A DNA stretch of 64,000 nt from Eledone cirrhosa (taxonomy: Eukaryota): NCBI GenBank assembly GCA_964016885.1, contig OZ024764.1, forward strand, positions 18,166,001-18,230,000, read 5' to 3'. The position numbers and the translations under genes are program-made. This document shows positions 1 through 8,400 of the stretch, one piece after another. The notes beneath the pieces were generated by a model. The model saw only the letters and a program-made list of their open reading frames with translations. It did no database searches and had not been told where the DNA came from. The first letter of the stretch is position 1, and the number at the start of each line of letters is the position of its first letter.

Positions 1-403
1 CCTTTATATTTAATGGGTGGCACATCACGCACGAGTCACAAATTCTGGAACCCTTGAACAGAAAGATATTGGTGCGGGTAGCTGATGGGTTACCTTCAGA
101 TTTGAAGGGAAGCGGTGAGTGAATGACTGGGATAAGCTGCTATCTCTCTGTTGTTTTTCTTTATTTCCACTTCTGAAAGAAAGAGAGTTTGTGTGATAGA
201 GGAGGGTTGACAGCAGGGAACCAGGTTTTGGTTAATTTTGGTGTTTCATCAGAGAGGAGAGGGAGAAAGTGAGAGAGATAGAGGGAGAGGGTGAGAGATA
301 GAATGAAAGGAGAAGGTGAGAGATAGAGATGGAGAGATAAAATGAAAGGAGGGTGAGAGAAAATGAAAGGAGAGGGAGAGGAGAGTAGGAGATGCATAGA
401 TGT

Positions 404-625
404 GGGTAGATTTTAGTGTGTTGGTGTTTGTGGGGGTAGATTTGAAAGTGTGTCTGTGTGGGTAGATTTTGTGTGTTTGGGTAAAATGTTAGTGTGTGTG
501 GGTAGATTTTAATGTGTGTGTCGGGGTAGATTTTAAAGTGTGTGTGGGTAGATTTTAGTGTGTGGGGGTAGATTTTAGTGTGTAGGTGTGGGTAGATTTT
601 AGTGTGAGTGTGGGTAGATTTTAAA
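404..625. repeat. Degenerate ~20-bp tandem repeat (GTGTGGGTAGATTTTA)
   Basis: Core GGGTAGATTTT recurs about 10 times with GT-rich spacers. Confidence 0.8.
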
Positions 626-867
626 GTTTTGTATAAAAAGTCTTACCTTTGTAAAGTTTTTGGGAGAATATGTGGGCTGGGTTAGGGTTCTCTTAAGGTT
701 GAATTGTAGGTTTTCTGGTCTCAGGGGAGAGATTTAGGGCACATATGTACTGGTTTCTCTGATGGGTGTACATTAGGGGACACATACCTGTCTCTTTGGA
801 GGGGTAGGTAGGTACTGGTCTTTCTGAAGGGGTACACATTTAGAGTACAAAGGTACTGGTTTCTCTT

Positions 868-1265
868 TACACTCTGTAAAGTGGTAGTGTTGGTGTCATG
901 ATAAAATACACCCAGTACATTCTGTAAAGTGGTAATACTGGTGACATGATAAAATACACCCAGTACACTCTGTAAAGTGGTAGTGTTGGTGTCATGATAA
1001 AATACACCCAGTACACTCTGTAAAATGGTAGTGTTGGTGTCATGATAAAATACACCCAGTACACTCTGTAAAATGGTAGTGCTGGTGTCATGATATAATA
1101 CACCCAGTACACTCTGTAAAGTGGTAGTGTTGGTGTCATGATAAAATACACCCAGTACACTCTGTAAAGTGGTGGTGCTGGTGACATGATATAATACACC
1201 CAGTACACTCTGTAAAGTGGTGGTACTGGTGACATGATATAATACACCCAGTACACTCTGTAAAA
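868..1265. repeat. 48-bp minisatellite, about 8 copies, derived from an internal SINE segment
   Basis: Unit ACTCTGTAAAGTGGTAGTGTTGGTGTCATGATAAAATACACCCAGTAC; similar single units at ~34072-34125 and ~59940-60020. Confidence 0.9.
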
Positions 1266-1555
1266 TGCAACATATATGTAAGTGGGTAGCTAACTTACTC
1301 AGCGTGTTGTTGCAACCTGTCAGACCCATGCTAGCTGGGAAACCAACCATAAAATGATGATGATGATGATGATGTGCTTTTGTGATCCATTCATGAAAGG
1401 GGGGTGGGATCCCTGGCATCCTTTATTCTCACACTACCCTCTTTCCACCAGATGGAGCTGCAGGTTGGACACACCAACACCCTCCGCCACCCTCCATCCC
1501 TTATCTAAGATTGTGGTACCACTTGGCTTCTCCCTCATGTCAGGGTATACATATC

Positions 1556-1589
<34 letters not shown>

Positions 1590-1799
1590 GTGTGTGTGGT
1601 GTGTATATATGTATGTTTATATATATATATATGTATGTTTATATATATATATATGTGTGTGTATGTGTGTGTGAATATATATATATATATATATATGTGT
1701 GTATATATATTTATATATATATATGTATATATGTATATATATATATGTAGATATATATATATATATGTATATATATGTATATATATATATGTATGTAGA

Positions 1800-1834
<35 letters not shown>

Positions 1835-1937
1835 GTATGTACATATATATATGTATATATATATGTATGTATATATAAATGTATATATATATATATGTAT
1901 ATATAAATGTATATATATATATATGTATATATAAATG

Positions 1938-1970
<33 letters not shown>

Positions 1971-2085
1971 GTATGTATGTATATATAAATGTATATATAT
2001 ATATATGTATATATATATGTATGTATGTATATATAAATGTATATATATATATGTATATATATATGTATATATATATGTATGTATA

Positions 2086-2628
2086 AGACGACAGCTGCAT
2101 AAAAAAGTGCAGGGCGATCAAAATTGATGGTAGTTACGGAGTAGGTAGACCCAGAAAAACCTGGGATGATCTGATAAATTCCGACCTCACACACTTACAT
2201 CTCTCTAAGACAATGTCTCTGGACCGAGACCTTTGGCGCTACGCAGTAATACAGAAGAGCCACCTTGCCTATGTACAAAGCGAAACCTACAGTCCGTAGG
2301 CACCTCTTAACCAAATATACACCCCAATCTACTACCCCTACCCTATCCTCCCACTCCCAGCACGAGAAAATGAGATCGAGTTCGTGTAGGTGTCACAACA
2401 AAAAACACACAGTCCACGCTGTAATGTGGCCGTGTAGGTAACACGGTAAAAAGTTCCCAGTTCCACACTGTAAATGTGGTTGGTGTTAGGAAGGGCATCC
2501 AGCCATAGAAAACCTGCCAGACAGTCCTATATGAGTGAGACACGGTCACCCGACCAACCTTGCCTCAAGTGGGACAACTCCCGTATAACCCTTGCTAGCG
2601 TGGAAAACAGACGTTAAACGATGATGAT
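2086..2628 (+). mobile_element. 5'-truncated RTE-clade LINE (C-terminus, 3' UTR, GAT tail)
   Basis: Translates [34 protein letters not shown]...DRDLWRYAV, the GRPRKTW...DR..WR C-terminus typical of RTE; ends GACGTTAAACGATGATGA. Confidence 0.8.
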
Positions 2629-2658
2629 ATATATATATATATATATACATATATATAC

Positions 2659-2701
<43 letters not shown>

Positions 2702-2739
2702 ATAATATAATAATAATAATTATTATATTATTATATACA

Positions 2740-2815
<76 letters not shown>

Positions 2816-2905
2816 TTTATACCCATAACATTTAAAATGAATGGCGATGTGAAATTATTATTATACCCTCTCAGGGTCTGTAATTAAAGGCTGCTTTTAA
2901 TATCT

Positions 2906-2942
2906 CCCTCTGATGAGACCCTGGGTGAAACACGTGTTAGGG
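2906..2942 (+). ncRNA. Minimal type I hammerhead ribozyme-like motif
   Basis: CCCT-CTGATGA-GACCCTGGGT-GAAA-CACGTG-TT-AGGG: conserved core, palindromic stem III; stem II imperfect. Confidence 0.6.
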
Positions 2943-3245
2943 TGAAACACGTGTTAGAGCTATATAAATATATGTTTTAATGGCTTGTAACACTTTCATT
3001 CACTCATTCATTTGCTTATATATATATGTATATATATATATATATATACCATCATTATACACATATATATAAACAGTACCATCATCATCCTTTAACATCC
3101 ATTTTTGCCCCATCTTAGCATGGGTCCGACAGATCTTTACGGAGAAACTCAGTAAGTTTAATTAATAGGAGCCGCTGTATTCTTAAGATTGACCAAAGCA
3201 CCGGTTTTTCAATATCCCCCAAAACGTTACAGAGTGTACCTGGTG

Positions 3246-3299
<54 letters not shown>

Positions 3300-3304
3300 A
3301 GACA

Positions 3305-3633
3305 CATGGCTTAGTGGTTAGAGCATTGGCTTTGCAATCGAAAGGTTGTGAGTTCAATTCTCAGACTGGGTGATGTGTTGTTTCCTTGAGCAAGACACTT
3401 TATTTCACATTGCTCCAGTTTCCTCAGCTGTAGAAATGAGATGATAGGGACTGGGGTCCATATCATTCCACTGCAAAGTGGTCGTGGAGGTGCCACGGCA
3501 AAAAAGCACCCAGCACTCACTGTAAATGAGGTTGGTGTTAGGAAGGAGGGCATCCAGCTGTAGATATCAAGCCAGAATCAGTTCCCGTCCCACCCTTGCA
3601 AGCAGGGAAAAGCGGACTTAAAACGAAATGATG

Positions 3634-3634
<1 letters not shown>
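3305..3634 (+). mobile_element. tRNA-derived SINE with CORE-like domain and RTE-type tail
   Basis: A box TGGCTTAGTGG, B box GAGTTCAATTC, CORE-like CCTTGAGCAAGACACTT; tail shared with the LINE at 47063-47525; similar minus copy at 35780-36124. Confidence 0.85.
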
Positions 3635-3672
<38 letters not shown>

Positions 3673-3701
3673 TATATGGATATATATATATATATATGTA
3701 G

Positions 3702-3755
<54 letters not shown>

Positions 3756-3825
3756 GTATATATATGTATACTGTATGTTCACCAAAGTGACCAGTGTGTA
3801 GTGGTCACTATGCAGAGTGTAATAA

Positions 3826-4013
3826 TAATAATTGTTTCTACTTTAGGCACAAGGCCAGCAATTACCCCAGTGTATTACTGGTACTTTATTTTATCGACCC
3901 CGTAAGGATGAAAGGTAAAGTTAACCTCAGCAGGATTTGAACTCAGTCCGTAAAGGGCCGTAATTCTATGCTGTGCAAAGCATGGCGTCCGACGCTCTAC
4001 CGATTCTCCTGCC
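3826..4013 (-). mobile_element. tRNA-derived SINE, family B (Meta/Sauria-like central domain)
   Basis: Reverse complement of ...GAGTTCAAATCC..GAGGTTAACTTTGCCTTTCATCCTTACGGGGTCGATAAAATAAAGTACCAG, which recurs more than 10 times in the window. Confidence 0.85.
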
Positions 4014-4277
4014 ATGGACAGGTGTTATATTTTCATTACATTGATTCAGGTGTGACGCGTGTTTTGGATTGATCAGCTCAAGGTTCGATCTGTATAGGCC
4101 GAGCCTGCATCCTGTCAAGACTGTAACAGAGGTCTGATGAGCTTTTGGTTCCAGAGTTGGACCCGATCGATACAGATCGAACTTTGAGCTGATCAACTGT
4201 GAAACATGCTTCATACCTGAATAAGTGTAATGAAAATTTGACACCTCGTCGATATTATTATTATTATTATTATTATA

Positions 4278-4320
<43 letters not shown>

Positions 4321-4366
4321 ATATAATATAATATTTATGTATAATATATGTATAAACATGTATGTA

Positions 4367-4397
<31 letters not shown>

Positions 4398-4621
4398 AAT
4401 GTATGAATTTATGTATATGTATGTGTGTTTTTATATGTGTGTGTATGTATATGTATGTGTATATATATACATACATGTATACATATACATATATATATAT
4501 GTGTATGTATATATATATGTGTATATATATGTATATGTATACATGTATATATATTATATATGTATATATATATATAGATGTAGTATATATTAGTATAGAT
4601 GAATATATATATATATGTGTA

Positions 4622-4659
<38 letters not shown>

Positions 4660-4787
4660 TATATATTATATGTGTATATATATAGATGTAGTATGCATGA
4701 ATATATATATATATATAAATATATATATATGTATCTATGTATGTATATATACATGTATATATGTATATATACATGTATATATGTATG

Positions 4788-5275
4788 CTGTTTTGTTCAA
4801 ATGTTTACAGTATATTTACTGGTGGACAGATTGTTGTGAAAATTTAGCTATGACTACATCACATTAAATATTAAAGTCTTTACTGTAATACTGTAAATAT
4901 TCACAACAATCTGTCTACCAGTAAAGATACTATAAACATTTAGTACAAAACAACACTATGACTACATCATATTAAATATTAAAGTCTTTACTGTAATACT
5001 GTAAATTTTCACAACAATCTGTCCACTAGTAAAGATATTATAAACATTTAGTACAAAACAACACTATGACTACATCACATTAAATATTAAAGTCTTTACT
5101 GTAATACTGTAAATTTTTACAACAATCTGTCCACCAGTAAAGATATTATAAACATTTGAATTAACAAACTTCTTCTTAGATTATTTTCTGTTGAATAATA
5201 ACAAAATGTTAGTTGTTAGTTAACTCTGAACGTCCTGTACCACATGAAACCACATTAGCAAAGCAAGACGTTCTT
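4788..5275. repeat. Dispersed repeat with ~118-bp tandem units and a short inverted copy
   Basis: CTATGACTACATCACATTAAATATTAAAGTCTTTACTG at ~4848, 4966 and 5084; inverted arm at 4788-4845; opposite-orientation copy at 57095-57300. Confidence 0.8.
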
Positions 5276-5418
5276 GTAAAGTTAGGGACAATAGATTTTT
5301 CTTCAGCCAGCTTTCTGAATAAAAAAAATCACTAAATATATTATGAATATTGAAATATTTCCTTCCTTCCTTCCTTCCTTCTTTCTTTTCTTACTTTTGT
5401 CCCTCTTGTCTCCGCGTC

Positions 5419-8400
5419 TCATTCTGTGACGTCGTCGTCAAAGCTGTCGTCATAGTTCTCCTCTGGCCAATCCTTTCTCCTCCGCCTCCTCTTCTTCTTC
5501 TTACGAGTCCTCATCGTCCTCTCATTGACCTTCTCGTTAAACACATTCGGGATCACCCTTATCGTCTCCAGTGCTAACGCGAACTTCACTTCCTTCCGTT
5601 GCTCGCTGATCGTGCACCTTTGTTGACGGTGCATCAAGAAACACTTGCACCTTCTACGTAAAATTTTGTACCGCTGGCCCCTGTAAAATTTATGCAGCTG
5701 CCAGATTTTCTGATCCTGACGCTGACTTGGATAGAGATCTTTAAAGCGATAGTGTTGGGGACTGTGATGGCGATGTACACGTTTCTTTTTAACTTTACCT
5801 CCCTCACCACCACTACCACTACCACTACCACTGCCACGACGACTGACAGCAGCACTGCCACTAATAAACATGGTACTACTAACTCTCTTAAAAAGTTTAG
5901 GGATAGCACTTGGTATTACACTATTTCTGCGGCCCACTCTGCCAATAATATTATATTCAGGACTGCTACTACTACTAGTGTCGTCACTACTATCACTAGC
6001 TTTCATATTAACAGTATTAGTGTCATAAGCAACAACAGGGTCAGTAGAACCATTAACACTAGGGTCAGTACTACCCTTAACACTAGGGTCAGTACTACCC
6101 TTAACACTAGGGTCAGTACTACCCTTAACACCTTTACCTTGACAATGACGGCAGCAACACCAACAACTTTTAAAGAAACCATCAGTGTCACCGTCATTAT
6201 CAGAAATATTGACATCATTAACACCGCGATCGTCAACACCGCGATCGTCAACACCGCGATCGTCAACATCGTGATTGTCAGCATCGCGTTTGCCAGCACC
6301 GCGTTTGCCAGCACCGTGTTTGCCAGAACCGTGTTTGCCAGCACCGTGTTTGCCAACACCGCGTTTGCCAGCTCCGTGTTTGCCAGCACCGTGTTTGCCA
6401 GCACCGTGTTTGCCAACACCGCGTTTGCCAACACTGCCTTTGTCAACATCGCGATTGTCAACACCGCCTTTGTCAACACCGCGATTGTCAACACCGCCTT
6501 TGTCAACACCGCCTTTGTCAACACCGCGATTGTCAACACTGTGTTTGTCAACACCGCCTTTGTCAACACCGCGATTGTCAACACTGTGTTTGTCAACACC
6601 GCCTTTGTCAACACCGCGATTGTCAACACGGCCTTTGTCAACACCGCCTTTGTCAACACCGCGATTGTCAACACTGTGTTTGTCAACACGGCCTTTGTCA
6701 ACACCGCGATTGTCAACACGGCCTTTGTCAACACCGCCTTTGTCAACAGCGCGATTGTCAACACCGCCTTTGACAACACCGCCTTTGTCAACACCGCCTT
6801 TGTCAACGCCGCGATTGTCAACACCGCCTTTGTCAACACCCCCTTTGTCAACACCGCGATTGTCAACACTGCGTTTGTCAACACCACGATTGTCAACACC
6901 GCGTTTGTCAACACCGCGATTGTCAACACTGCGATTGTCAACACCGCGATTGTCAACACCGCTATTGTCAACACTGCGATTCTCAACACCGGGATTGCCG
7001 AAACCCCGATTGTCAACAACACGACTGTCAACATCGCGATTGTCAACACCGCGATTGTAAACATCGCGATTGCCAACACCGTGATTGTCAACATCACAAT
7101 TGTCAACACCGCGACTGTCAACACTACGATTGTCAACATCGCGATTGTCAACACCGCGATTGCCAACACCGTGATTGTCAACACCACGATGGTCAACACC
7201 GCGATTGTCAACACCGCGACTGTCAACACTACGATTGTCAACATCGCGATTGTCAACACCACGATTGTCAACATCGCGATTGTCAACACCGCCTTTGTCA
7301 ACATCGCGATTGTCAACACCGCGTTTGTCAACACCGCGTTTGTCAACAACGTGATTGTCAACACCGCCTTTGTCAACACCGCGATTGTCAACACCGCGAT
7401 TGTCAACACTGCGATTGTCAACATCGCGATTGTCAACAGCGTGATTGTCAACATCTCGATTGTCAACACCGCGATTGTCAACATCGCGATTGTCAACACC
7501 GTGATTGTCAACACTGCGTTTGTCAACACCGCGATTGTCAACACCGCGTTTGTCAACACCGCGATTGTCAACATCGCGATTGTCAACACCGCGACTGTCA
7601 ACACTACGATTGTCAACATCGCGATTGTCAACACCACGATTGCCAACATCGCGACTGTCAACACCACGATTGCCAACACCGCGGTTGTCAACACTGCGAT
7701 TGTCAACATCGCGATTGTCAACAGCGTGGTTGTCAACATCGCGATTGTCAACACCGTGGTTGTCAACACCACGATGGTCAACACCGCGACTGTCAACATC
7801 GCGATTGTCAACACCACGATTGTCAATATCGCGGTTGTCAACACCGTGACTGTCAACACCACGATTGTCAAGGCCGTGATTGTCAACACCGCGATTGTCA
7901 ACATCGCGATTGTCAAAACCGCGACTGTCAACATCGCGATTGTCAACACCGCGGCTGTCAACACCGCGATTGTCAACACCGTGATTGTCAACACCGCGAT
8001 TGTCAACATCGCGATTGCCGATACTGTGATTGTCAACAACGCGATTGTCAACACCTTCATTGCCGACACTGTGATTGTCAACACCGCGACTGTCAACATC
8101 GCGATTGTCAACACCACGATTGTCAACATCGCGATTGTCAACACCACGATTGTCAACATCGCGATTGTCAACATCGCGATTGCCGACACTGTGATTGTCA
8201 ACACCGCGATTGTCAGCAGCGCGTTTGTCAACACCGTCACTGTCAACAACACCGTCACTGTCAACAGCATCGCCACTGTCAACAGCACCAACACCGTCAC
8301 TGTCAACAGTGTCAACGCCACCAACACCATCACTGCCAACAACACCAGTGTCAACAACATCAACACCTCCACTGTCAACACTGTCACTGTCAACACCACC

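Noticed and set aside
3305-3375. tRNA gene
   Set aside because: A and B boxes belong to a multicopy SINE head continuing into CORE and tail sequence.
6285-6435. GKR/KR sites suggesting a neuropeptide precursor
   Set aside because: No signal peptide; sites are sporadic variants of the repeat.
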